DNA of 64,000 bases, from positions 1 through 64,000 of IMG/VR virus record IMGVR_UViG_3300042691_015370. One strand, written 5' to 3'. Numbering within the stretch: position 1 is the stretch's first letter; every line of letters starts with the position of its first letter. Positions 51,720 through 61,086 of the stretch are shown one piece after another. The notes under the pieces are model-generated. The model made no database searches and was not told where the DNA came from. It saw only the letters and a program-made list of their open reading frames with translations. Source of the stretch: a virus. Both the position numbers and the translations under genes were made by a program.

Positions 51720-52777
51720 TTAACCATCAATCGCCTCTCTGATACGTGGACCAACACCATAGAAGTTCACGTCAAATGTAATACTATACCTGTAAATACC
51801 AATTACACTGTGGTCCGCAACCCCCAAACCATCTGACCACACAAGCGTTCTCACACTCTCAACATAAGGAGACAGCGCACGCCTAGCTCTGAGTATTACA
51901 TCATCAAAGTGACGTAGCCAACCGGTAACTATATTGGTTTGACTATAGTCATGGCGCTTCCAATTATCTACACCCATTTCTGCCATCAGGGTAATGCTGT
52001 GATTAGGAAAAATTCTCGCAACCCTATCCCCTTCTGGAAACACATTCATTGACTCGTAAGAACAGGTGGAAGGTAAATCGATCCACCCAACACTGTTCTT
52101 GGATCGATTAGCATAGAATTCAAAAAACGTCTGTTCTGGATCATCAATAATCTTGACGTAATAAAGACTACCGTAATCACAATTCGTCACATTGACTCTT
52201 TGACGAGCAAGTGACAGGAACTCATTGGCCCATTCCCGGTCACGAACGGACACGTCATTCATCGCAGTACCTCAGCCTCTTCAAACAAAGGCCCACACAC
52301 ATACGGTCTGAATCTCAGCATAAGAGCAATCTCTGTTGTATAGGTCATAAGATGCTGTTCGGCTTTCACTGAACAGCCATCCCAAATAGCTAACCGAAAC
52401 CTAGGTGACAATCGCATTAACCTACGCTTATGATCATGGATAACTGTGAGCACCTCATCACACAACAGACAAGCCACGGTGTGTTCAAGATTCCCAGCGG
52501 AATCTATCGACGCTAACGCTTCATCAGTAAGCTTGACTGAGAAGGTACCTGTAGAGCTATAAAGCTCAAAGGTTCGACGCTTAGGGAAATATGTCTCTAC
52601 GCTACCATCATGCTGCCATCGCCAGCCTGAGATGTAACCAACAACAAAATGCTCCGGTGGAGCAGGAACAAGCAATCTTTCATCCTGCCCCAGCACACTG
52701 TCAGCATATCGCCGCAAAGTCTCTTCCACTCCAGTGGCGATACTTGAAATGGTGCCCTTGTAGTCTTGTTGCAGCAC
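51720..52777 (-). other. Hypothetical genes 52259-52777 and 51720-52262
   Basis: Tiled ORFs downstream of a promoter. Confidence 0.65.
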
Positions 52778-52814
52778 GAAATTCCAACCTCAGTGACCTG
52801 ATTTACAGACCGCC

Positions 52815-52843
52815 AGAGTATCTCCAAGGAGATTTTTTGTCAA
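52815..52843 (-). promoter_or_regulatory. SigA-like promoter
   Basis: TTGACA-N17-TACTCT on the minus strand. Confidence 0.65.
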
Positions 52844-52844
52844 A

Positions 52845-53885
52845 TCAGACTTCGCTGACCAACAGGGAGTACGGTGAGTTCATAAGTTCACGGAACTTAA
52901 TCAGGGCATCGCCAGACAGAGGAACGCCACCATTGAGACTGGTATCAAAGTAGGCAGCACCAACAACATTGTTGGTACGGAGATGATCAAACCACTCCTG
53001 CATCTCTGCCGCACCAGTCAGAGTGTGATCCTTGTTGCCCCATTCAGCGACACCAATCTTCAGACCCTTGGCTTTGTAGTATGCCAGAGCGTTCTTCCAC
53101 ATTGTAGAAAGAACGGTGGTGTTAGCGGCCTCAACATAGTGATCAATACCAGCGAAGTCCCAGATACCATCAACCCACCAGTCAGCGGGGTTACGTCCAG
53201 AACGAGTGTCGAATGTCCATGCCATCAAAATGGGAGCAAAGGCAATGTTAGTGACATTAGCTGAGTCAAGAAGTTGACGAATGCGCTTCTGCATGTTGCG
53301 CCAGTGAATCTCACTACCCTGACCCTCATCGGGGTAGGCGGTACCGTTACCACCCTCAGGCTCGTGGTGAACGCTGAACCACACAGGTAGACCAAGCAGG
53401 CCAAGGGACTTAATAAGGTTGATGATTGGGGTATCCAGTGCGCCATTGGCGGTGTTTTGCCACGTAGCGCTCAGCTTAATGGAAACCCATGGAAGTCGCC
53501 CAGCGGTGTGATCGGCCTTGCATGTGGAGATAATGCTGGAAGCCTGATCTAGACGCCAGAAGGTGCGTCGTACACCAACGGCCACACCAGCGGCAGTCTC
53601 ATGGGGAGAGGGAACACCATTGGAATTGTAGCTACAGCCCCAGCGGATCATTCCCGGTCGAGTGTCACCGGGGAACGCTGGTTCCCACTCCTGAACAGGT
53701 GGAGTGGTGGTCCCGCCACCAGCCTTGAGCGCAGCAATATCAGCCTTCATGGCATTCAGGGTGTTGTCCACCTCATTCATCCACCGACCCACATCAGTGC
53801 TGAGGGTCGAGGCGGTTGATGCAACCTGAGCGATCTGTGCCTTCAGATCCGCTACGATTGGTTCCATGTCTGGATCTATTCCCAT
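52845..53885 (-). CDS. Clan-A glycoside hydrolase (GH26-like) with N-terminal coiled coil
   Basis: HHEPE acid/base, DFAGIDHY, VAEWG nucleophile; start MGIDPD after AAGG RBS. Confidence 0.75.
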   Translation of the reverse strand: MGIDPDMEPIVADLKAQIAQVASTASTLSTDVGRWMNEVDNTLNAMKADIAALKAGGGTTTPPVQEWEPAFPGDTRPGMIRWGCSYNSNGVPSPHETAAGVAVGVRRTFWRLDQASSIISTCKADHTAGRLPWVSIKLSATWQNTANGALDTPIINLIKSLGLLGLPVWFSVHHEPEGGNGTAYPDEGQGSEIHWRNMQKRIRQLLDSANVTNIAFAPILMAWTFDTRSGRNPADWWVDGIWDFAGIDHYVEAANTTVLSTMWKNALAYYKAKGLKIGVAEWGNKDHTLTGAAEMQEWFDHLRTNNVVGAAYFDTSLNGGVPLSGDALIKFRELMNSPYSLLVSEV

Positions 53886-53889
53886 AATC

Positions 53890-54375
53890 TTACCTTTCGA
53901 TATCCGCCAGCAAAGCTCTCTGATACAGCCTTGCGACAACAGCTTTGAAGTTCGCCAGTCCAAGATAAGGAATGACGAGTTGTGTGTACTCAGCATCGGC
54001 CTTAGACTCCACGCCAAGACCTGAGAGGAACGTGGCAATACTCTCCACTTCCTCTCTTCTACTATCGTCATCTGCCCCCAGTAGTCGTAGTCGAGAAACT
54101 TCGTCAGAAATCTCTGACTTATCAATTACCTTGGGTTCAGCAGCGAAAATACTATGATCCCCATCTATTGCAGTAATGGATCTGGAGTTAGCATAGACGA
54201 CCTTTCTGCTGCCTTTAAGGGTGAACTGATGCCATCCACTTCTTGGATAGCTCTTGCGTCTCAGCTTGCCCACACCAGTTGTGAAGTTAGGTTGAAGAAA
54301 TGACCCTTTACCGGGGACAGCTTCACACCAACTGATGCGATAAAGCTTTCCATTCTCAAGTTCAGTTGCTTTCAC
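53890..54375 (-). CDS. Hypothetical protein
   Basis: GAGG RBS; tiling. Confidence 0.65.
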   Translation of the reverse strand: MKATELENGKLYRISWCEAVPGKGSFLQPNFTTGVGKLRRKSYPRSGWHQFTLKGSRKVVYANSRSITAIDGDHSIFAAEPKVIDKSEISDEVSRLRLLGADDDSRREEVESIATFLSGLGVESKADAEYTQLVIPYLGLANFKAVVARLYQRALLADIER

Positions 54376-54382
54376 AGATACC

Positions 54383-54772
54383 TCACAGGAAAGACTTAGG
54401 CTCGCTCAAGGTGCCACGCAGCCAGTTGTAGATAATGTTGACAGTAACAAAGTTGTCGAACCGCCAGAAGTTAAACTCGTACAGCTTGCGGCACCAAGCG
54501 CTGATGTCGGACGAGTTCATCATGTCAACGTGCTCGGTAAAAAGCTTAAGTCTACGAGGCTCAATGTTGATATTGTTTTCGAACACATTATCGTTATTGA
54601 TCAGATATGCGGTGTGCATCATCATCATCTCTAGTACTTCAGTAGAGTGAGACAAGGGTTCGAACTGAGCTAGGAACTTGATGGCGAAGTGGATTCTTTC
54701 GATATCCTCGTCGTCCAAGCTAACCCTATTGGGTGGTAGTAGTTCTGCGTATTGGTGTGTCTTAGTTTGCAT
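54383..54772 (-). CDS. Possible degenerate Fic/Doc-fold protein
   Basis: FNFWRFDNFVT..IYNWL in register with HPFxDGNGRT..I.NWL. Confidence 0.4.
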   Translation of the reverse strand: MQTKTHQYAELLPPNRVSLDDEDIERIHFAIKFLAQFEPLSHSTEVLEMMMMHTAYLINNDNVFENNINIEPRRLKLFTEHVDMMNSSDISAWCRKLYEFNFWRFDNFVTVNIIYNWLRGTLSEPKSFL

Positions 54773-55187
54773 GTCGGAACCTATCATCGTTGCCGATACC
54801 TCTAATATCGAAACTAACAATTGCCAGACCGTGCCAAGCAGCATGGCCCATGTGATGTCTACCGGATTCGGGATCTAGATCCTCGCCTCGCCAGTAAGCA
54901 TTCATGTGTCGCAACATGGCGTTGTAGCTAAGGGAGTAATTGTAACCTTTGAGATAATTCCAAGGCTCATACTTCTCGGCCCCCATGCCAGCAATGTTAC
55001 CTAGCTCTTCAAGAGCCACAGGATCAATAAAGCCTAACTGGGATGGCTTAGACGCCTTCATTCCACCAGTATTCGGATCAGTCACAATGATCTCTTCCTT
55101 CAGAAAATCGATGTGCCCTGCTTCATTGAACTTGCGGGGACCAAGAGTGTTGTTTGCCCACTCTGGTTTGTATTCACCGAATGTCAT
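54762..55187 (-). CDS. dATP/dGTP diphosphohydrolase (DUF5664)
   Basis: GAEKY..WNY.KG, NAM.RH..AY..GED.DPESG.HH.GHAAW. Confidence 0.9.
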   Translation of the reverse strand: MTFGEYKPEWANNTLGPRKFNEAGHIDFLKEEIIVTDPNTGGMKASKPSQLGFIDPVALEELGNIAGMGAEKYEPWNYLKGYNYSLSYNAMLRHMNAYWRGEDLDPESGRHHMGHAAWHGLAIVSFDIRGIGNDDRFRHAN

Positions 55188-55641
55188 CGGTTAACCTCTC
55201 TAACTTGTGAATTGTGGTGTACCGATCGTTGTTGAAGGTACGTAACCAAACGATCTGCAAACACAATGGTTGATATAGCTTTTTGTTACCGTGAATAATG
55301 TCGAGATGACATGGATAGTTACAGAGCGTGATCAGGTTATGTTGCTGGTTGAGCCATGGTTCATTCTTGGCTTCGGAGCGGTAGTAGATGTGATGCACAG
55401 CAAGGTTGTTGCTCGCCTTACCGCAATACCTGCACCTGTAGTTGTCCAGCGCAAGAATCTTGTCTCGCACAGCCGAAAGATCGTTATGCGGATTTGATTG
55501 CTTGGGCTTTTTTTGTTTGGGTTTGGCCGTGTTTATTGAGGCCAGAAAATGTGCATTTGAGCAGAATGCTGACAGACCACGAATCTCCATCGACTCACGA
55601 TCAAAGTAGTCACCGCAGTATGCACACTTTCTTTTACTCAT
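55174..55641 (-). CDS. HNH endonuclease with N-terminal Zn finger
   Basis: CAYCG...FCS; D.YRCRYCG, VHHI.YRS, NLITLC..PCH...H. Confidence 0.85.
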   Translation of the reverse strand: MSKRKCAYCGDYFDRESMEIRGLSAFCSNAHFLASINTAKPKQKKPKQSNPHNDLSAVRDKILALDNYRCRYCGKASNNLAVHHIYYRSEAKNEPWLNQQHNLITLCNYPCHLDIIHGNKKLYQPLCLQIVWLRTFNNDRYTTIHKLERLTDDIR

Positions 55642-55930
55642 CTAACAAACCCAAGTCATAGTGAAAAGCCTTGATGTTGCGTTTGCGATGCATAATAATA
55701 GAGCTACGCTCCTTCTCACTCATCGCACGATGACCACCATCATCGTAATAGATCGCATCATCTAGACAATCACGCCACACCGGACACTGATCACAGAATC
55801 TCTGTGCCTGATCCTCATACTCTGGATCTAGAAACACATGCTCTGGGGTATCAATACACGCAGCGAACTCTCTCCAAGGATCTGTGAACGTTGCTGCAAA
55901 TTGTTCCCAGAAATCTAAATCACATCTCAT
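55634..55930 (-). CDS. whiB: WhiB-like protein (divergent turn motif)
   Basis: W...AAC, A..FC..CPV..DCL..AI, SEKER; GVWGG replaced by GGHRA. Confidence 0.75.
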   Translation of the reverse strand: MRCDLDFWEQFAATFTDPWREFAACIDTPEHVFLDPEYEDQAQRFCDQCPVWRDCLDDAIYYDDGGHRAMSEKERSSIIMHRKRNIKAFHYDLGLLDE

Positions 55931-56880
55931 CGTCGTCAGCAGACTCAAGTTCCGTTAGACGACGGGGCGAGGCAACCTCACGCTTCATCTCAGCGTTCTT
56001 GCGCTCACCATTCTGCTCTGCCCGACGCTCGGCATAGCCACGATCCACAATCTCACGCAAGAGATCCTGAATCATCATCACCATGTCGGACTTTTCCTGA
56101 TCCTGAGCAAAGGGGATCATCACAACACGCAACTCACCCATTGCGTTGGACTGATCTCTGCTCTCCATGATTGTGATCTCCAGCGTCTCATCACTGAACA
56201 CCACGGATGTGATAATTGTATCTGACATGAACATATTCGTCATACTCATAGTGCTACTCCAACCTCTGGCTCATCCTTGAAGAACGAGTCCTGAACAACA
56301 TCCGGCTCTTTGTAATCAGTTGTCTCAATTGAAACCATTTCGATGTCACCCTCGTTGACACCAACTACCTTGATGCTCAACTGGTCGTACATCCACGCAG
56401 CCTTCTCGGGGTCGAGGGGGACAACCTTCTCCACCCGCAGAGCGTTGCTGCGCTTCAGGTCGCCGGTCTTCTTGACGTGCGAGAACTTGGGTGTCTCAAC
56501 ACGAGCGGTCACCATGAAGGTCACTAGATCATCGTTCGACATAGCAGCACCATTGGTGCGATCCAAGAAGAATGCTCCAGCGAATCGAGCCTCATAGAGA
56601 TCGACAAGCTCACCGTCGAAATACTCTGCTCCGTCTTTCAGTACCTTGCTCATTGAACTTCAACCCTTTCATCAATAAGTGCTGCACACCAAAATGCACG
56701 ACCCTCAGGACCAATCACTCTGTGCGCTGTTGCTAGTGGATCACCATTTGGGTCCTTAAGGACAATGTTGTGATCAATTGCTTCAATAGTAAAACCGCAA
56801 CCAACAGTCTCAAACTTACTGAGGTTCTTCAGTAACCTTGAAATAGCCTTAGCTTCATCAGTCTTAATGTATGCTGTCAT
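55920..56880 (-). other. Hypothetical genes 56650-56880, 56246-56653, 55920-56249
   Basis: Tiled ORFs. Confidence 0.7.
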
Positions 56881-58757
56881 AGGTTGACTCTTTCATCTCC
56901 GGTGAGGTATGCTCTAATAGCATCCTTGTAGTTCATGCCAGCAATCCAATACTGACGTTCACGCAAGGCTCTTTCATAGAACACTGGGTCACCCTTCGGG
57001 ACGATAGCCAGAGTCAGTGGTGCTGACTGAAGTACGCACATCGTGTTCACACCACCATCTCTTGACTTCGCCATCTTTAGGATCAATTCCTTCTTCTGAT
57101 CACCCTTTGTAATGATTCCCTCCTGTTCAGACTTACGCTGATCTGGATTCCATAGCACCAAGGAAACATCTGAGGTTTCCTCTACCGTGCCAGCACCACG
57201 ACCTTGATCCAGACGGACCTCAGACCCCATGTCGTTGCTACGGTTCGCCTGATGTGGTGCAAGGACAACGAGTTGGTGACGCTTAGCAATAGCCTTCAGT
57301 CCCATGATGGCTGAGGTGGTACGTGCGTACTCTTCCCCGCCGAACGATCTTGCGTAGTAACCCAAGTAATCGATCAGTACAAGATCAGGCTGATAGCCCG
57401 TTTCATATGCGTACTGCTCAATACACATCTCCAAAGCTTCTTCAGAGATGCGGTTCTCGTCAACGATGTAGAGGTTGTCTTTCCAATAGTTGACGGTATC
57501 TAGCGTAGTGACGCCGGGGTTGTAGAATGAATGGATGCGATGTGCTCGCTCAAACCATTCGTTACGCATCTGTTCCAACGACAGAAACAAGATCTTGATG
57601 TCAGGCTTTCGCATCCTCATACGATGCAAGATGTTCAAGCTGAACAGCGTCTTGCCCACGTTGGTGCGAGCCAACAGCGTGACGACCTGACCCGGCAACA
57701 AACCGTGTTGCATCTCGTTATCAATAGCGTCTATATTGAAACGCAAACCCTCAAGTGTTGGGTTACCCTCAAACTCCAGCCAGCGATCGAAAGCCTGAGC
57801 GGGAGAGATCAACAACCCACCCTGAGCCTTCGACATCAGAAAGTCGAAGTCTTCTCTCGTGTAGTTGTTGTCTACGAAAAGCTTACTTACATCGATCTTC
57901 TTTTGACCCGGCTTAGGATCAGGTAGCTGAACAACACGAGAACGAGGGCCGAGTGTGGTCGCAAGCTTTTCGGCAGCAGCTTTGCCGGTCGTGTCAGGGT
58001 CCAGCATTATGTAGATTCTCTTGGCATCTACAAGAAGCTCGGTCCACTCTGGCTTCCACATCTTTTCGCCCGGAATACCACAGGCGTTGTAACCAAGCAT
58101 CTGCAACACGGCGGCATCAAACTCACCGGCTGCAACAACCACAGAATCTTCCCCACGCACAGCATCTTCACCATAGATACGTGCGCTACTCCCCGGCAGC
58201 GACAGGTACTTACCGTCCATGTCCTTGCCACGGATCGCTACAGGCCGACCAAATGAGAAGTATGGGATGACGATCTTGTGTCGCAGGAAGTCGTCACCAA
58301 CATAGTTGACCAGCCCTTGAGCCTGAATATCCTCAAGAGCAAAGCCTGAAGCCAGCAGGTGTGTCAGGAGGCCAGTACTGTCAGCCCAGCCAAGCTTCAT
58401 TTCCTTGATCTTCTCGTGGGTGAGTCCACGTTTCTCGGTAAGATAGTTGTATGCCTCAACGTTTTCGAACAACTGCTCGGCATAAAACTCAACCGCAACC
58501 CGCATCATTGTCACATCATTAGGTGACTTGATTGGATCATCACCGAAGTGCTTGCGGATAGCGTTCAGGCCACCCTTTGCCCCACATAGGTGACAGTAGT
58601 GCGCTCCATACATCTCAGACTCAGGATCAGCCTGAATGTAGAGTCGTCCCCGCTTTGATTCATCTTCGTTACAGTACCAACAATGTGTGTAAATGTTTCC
58701 GTCAGGTGCAGCCTTGATATGTAGGTCTTTGGACTCTAGATACTCAACAAGCTCCAT
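56877..58757 (-). CDS. Primase-helicase (Zn ribbon + TOPRIM + SF4 helicase)
   Basis: CWYC/CHLC, YL..RG, GEFDA, DPD, ARTNVGKT, SLEQ, IDYL, QANR, KSRDG. Confidence 0.92.
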   Translation of the reverse strand: MELVEYLESKDLHIKAAPDGNIYTHCWYCNEDESKRGRLYIQADPESEMYGAHYCHLCGAKGGLNAIRKHFGDDPIKSPNDVTMMRVAVEFYAEQLFENVEAYNYLTEKRGLTHEKIKEMKLGWADSTGLLTHLLASGFALEDIQAQGLVNYVGDDFLRHKIVIPYFSFGRPVAIRGKDMDGKYLSLPGSSARIYGEDAVRGEDSVVVAAGEFDAAVLQMLGYNACGIPGEKMWKPEWTELLVDAKRIYIMLDPDTTGKAAAEKLATTLGPRSRVVQLPDPKPGQKKIDVSKLFVDNNYTREDFDFLMSKAQGGLLISPAQAFDRWLEFEGNPTLEGLRFNIDAIDNEMQHGLLPGQVVTLLARTNVGKTLFSLNILHRMRMRKPDIKILFLSLEQMRNEWFERAHRIHSFYNPGVTTLDTVNYWKDNLYIVDENRISEEALEMCIEQYAYETGYQPDLVLIDYLGYYARSFGGEEYARTTSAIMGLKAIAKRHQLVVLAPHQANRSNDMGSEVRLDQGRGAGTVEETSDVSLVLWNPDQRKSEQEGIITKGDQKKELILKMAKSRDGGVNTMCVLQSAPLTLAIVPKGDPVFYERALRERQYWIAGMNYKDAIRAYLTGDERVNL

Positions 58758-58791
58758 GTATACCTATTTCTTCACTTGTAAACCAATAAAG

Positions 58792-58864
58792 CTCTGGGGG
58801 GAGGACTTGAACCTCCAACCTGCGCATTAACAGTGCGATGCTCTGCCGATTGAGCTACCCCAGA
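58792..58864 (-). tRNA. tRNA-Asn(GTT)
   Basis: TCTGGGG/CCCCAGA-G, GCTC/GAGC, CGCA-CTGTTAA-TGCG, GGAGG-TTCAAGT-CCTCC. Confidence 0.95.
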
Positions 58865-58865
58865 A

Positions 58866-59125
58866 TCGTGCAGCAGTTGGGATTTGCACCCAACAGAGTC
58901 CAGTACCACCCCCTATTTACGAGGGAGGCTGCCAACTCTCCAAGCTAGGAGCCGCTTGTGCGCCCGCTATCCAAACCTTTAGCGGTCGCATGAGGTAGTT
59001 CTCATCCTCAACGTATGTATACATGCAGATCAGAGCGAGTCATGAAATGCTACGTCTTTAAGAGGATCGCTTGGACCTCATCCCCTTCACCCACCACTGA
59101 GAAGTACGTGGTGGTCAGGGAGAAC
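58866..59125 (-). ncRNA. Candidate structured RNA ending in a T-arm-like hairpin
   Basis: GTTGGG-TGCAAAT-CCCAAC at the 3' end, several upstream hairpins, no sense ORF of 60 aa or more; abuts tRNA-Asn. Confidence 0.5.
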
Positions 59126-59359
59126 TCAACCCTTGACGGGCTTCAGGCGAGTCAGGCGGTACTGAGCAGACCGACCATTGCGGCGCATCTGAATCTGGTA
59201 GCCCTCGGCACGAAGCTCACGAAGACGACGCAGACCCTCCTTACCACCAACGTTCTCGCTGGAAATCATTGAGCCATCAACCCAATCATTGCCTGAACGC
59301 TTAGCCTGAGCGAGAAAGTCATATACCCGCTGCTTGCGTGAAATAGTATCAGTGTTCAC
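59126..59359 (-). CDS. Small winged-HTH protein
   Basis: GLRRLRELRAEGY.I...YRL. Confidence 0.6.
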   Translation of the reverse strand: MNTDTISRKQRVYDFLAQAKRSGNDWVDGSMISSENVGGKEGLRRLRELRAEGYQIQMRRNGRSAQYRLTRLKPVKG

Positions 59360-59377
59360 CTATATCTCCTTTGCCCC

Positions 59378-59890
59378 TCAGAAGGGGTCCTCTTCACCAG
59401 CAATGATCTGCTGACGACTTGTCGTAGGCGCTGCGGTTGCATCAGCAGTGGGACGTGCTCGACGTACCTCACCAACAGACTCACCCTTAGTGCCATCCTT
59501 CTTGTTGTAGTTCTTCACCGTCACCCGGCACTTCTGACCAACCAGATGCTCGGAGTCGAACTCGTAGTCATCGGGGAAAGTCTCAACACCCATGATGGCC
59601 TGTGCCCAAAGACGCAGGCGGCAATTGCCCTCATACCACAGGGCCTGAGCGTTACCCCAAATCTTACGGTTCTTGTAGTCACCATCAAGAACCTTGAACT
59701 GGAAGTTGAACTCGTGGGTAGCTTCGATGTTGTACTTGCTACGAAAGCTCTCATCGATAGCACGAAGCGTGACCTTCTCTACCTCAACGTTGAGGACAGT
59801 TGGATCACCGAAGTCATCAACCTCTGGAATGGGGTCAAATGCCTTCTCTGCGGGCTTGAAGTCCCGTGCTGATGCTGGAATACCTGCCAT
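59378..59890 (-). CDS. Phage SSB-like protein (DUF669-like)
   Basis: F.F.VLDG.Y.NRKIW, LVG.KC.V.V, acidic C-terminus EEDPF. Confidence 0.7.
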   Translation of the reverse strand: MAGIPASARDFKPAEKAFDPIPEVDDFGDPTVLNVEVEKVTLRAIDESFRSKYNIEATHEFNFQFKVLDGDYKNRKIWGNAQALWYEGNCRLRLWAQAIMGVETFPDDYEFDSEHLVGQKCRVTVKNYNKKDGTKGESVGEVRRARPTADATAAPTTSRQQIIAGEEDPF

Positions 59891-59911
59891 TTTGTTTACC
59901 TATACCTTCTA

Positions 59912-60901
59912 CTATTGTGTTTTCTTGAAGCAGTGTGAGCACAACGTCTTTTGAACTTTGATCTTCGAAAGATCTGCCCACGTTTTTTCATCGAACTCTT
60001 CACCGCAGCCTTCGCATACGTAGTTGTTCGACTGAGGGTCCTGCGTACCCTCGTTCTCAACGACTGGCTGTGGAATCTCCACAACTTGTGTCTCAGATTC
60101 TGTTAATTTTACCGCACTCACATGGCTGCAAATGTTAAGGACGATCCCCTCGTCCACAGGGAAGCTCAGCGGCAAGGAGCCGGTCTTGTCATTCGGCCAC
60201 GGCAGCATGGAAGTCGGGGCGAAGTGCAGCACCCGCTGAACCTCTGGCACGGCCTCTGTCGTTATCGTGATTTGATCGGTGTTTCCGTCAAGGATCTCGA
60301 CCGCAAGATCATCAATCAACTCATCGGGTAGCTGACGATAGGCGGCAAGGTATGCAGAAATGTCCACATAGCCGTGAATGCCGGTCACAAATGATCCACC
60401 GAGTGCTGGCTGAAGTACAGAGAAATTATCACCGTAGGCCACATCCTTGGTGCGGGCCAATACAACTAGGTTGACATCTAGTTGTTTGAAGCCTGTGAAG
60501 ATGGAGTGGAATCGATCAGCGATCCAACCCCAGTCACTTGCCTTGGTTTCTTGTCTGCCTTCGTTCTTGACGTGCTCTAAGATGAGCAAACGCTGTAGTT
60601 CATCAACCGTATCGATGACTAGCGTTTCAACCTTGCGCCCGAACAGTTCCTCTCGCTCAGCGGCTGGTCGATCCAGTGCCTTCTTAAGAAGAAACAAATC
60701 CTTCAGGGTGCTGACGTTGACGAAGGGGACGCTACCGATTTGACCAAGTGTTGTCAAATCGCCGCCAGAGCAGGCGAACAGCGGATCGGGAAACCGGGTG
60801 CCCAGATGCGTCTTGCCGCTCCCAGCGTGGCCCACAACGAGCATTCTGAGACGGTTCGGGAACTCGTCGGCACCCGAAATGTGTAGGTCAAATTGTTCCA
60901 T
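59912..60901 (-). CDS. Sak4-like/AAA_24 ATPase with C-terminal Zn finger
   Basis: GHAGSGKT, TLVIDT, DWG, CEGCG...CSHC; lies between SSB and the exonuclease. Confidence 0.8.
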   Translation of the reverse strand: MEQFDLHISGADEFPNRLRMLVVGHAGSGKTHLGTRFPDPLFACSGGDLTTLGQIGSVPFVNVSTLKDLFLLKKALDRPAAEREELFGRKVETLVIDTVDELQRLLILEHVKNEGRQETKASDWGWIADRFHSIFTGFKQLDVNLVVLARTKDVAYGDNFSVLQPALGGSFVTGIHGYVDISAYLAAYRQLPDELIDDLAVEILDGNTDQITITTEAVPEVQRVLHFAPTSMLPWPNDKTGSLPLSFPVDEGIVLNICSHVSAVKLTESETQVVEIPQPVVENEGTQDPQSNNYVCEGCGEEFDEKTWADLSKIKVQKTLCSHCFKKTQ

Positions 60902-61086
60902 CGTTACCTCTTACAATATTGATATGAATACTATTACCGACCAAGATGACTGAACGATCACCGAACATGCTCGTCAACTTGTCGGCAATGCCCTTTAGTT
61001 GTTCGTATGGTGCCTGTGGATCATCAATATGCACAATCAACTTGTCATCAGGTCCAACAACACCAATACTATTGAGTATTACCTCT

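Noticed and set aside
53886-54125. N-terminal extension of the glycoside hydrolase given by the ORF track
   Set aside because: It overlaps the upstream gene 53890-54375; an RBS precedes ATG 53885.
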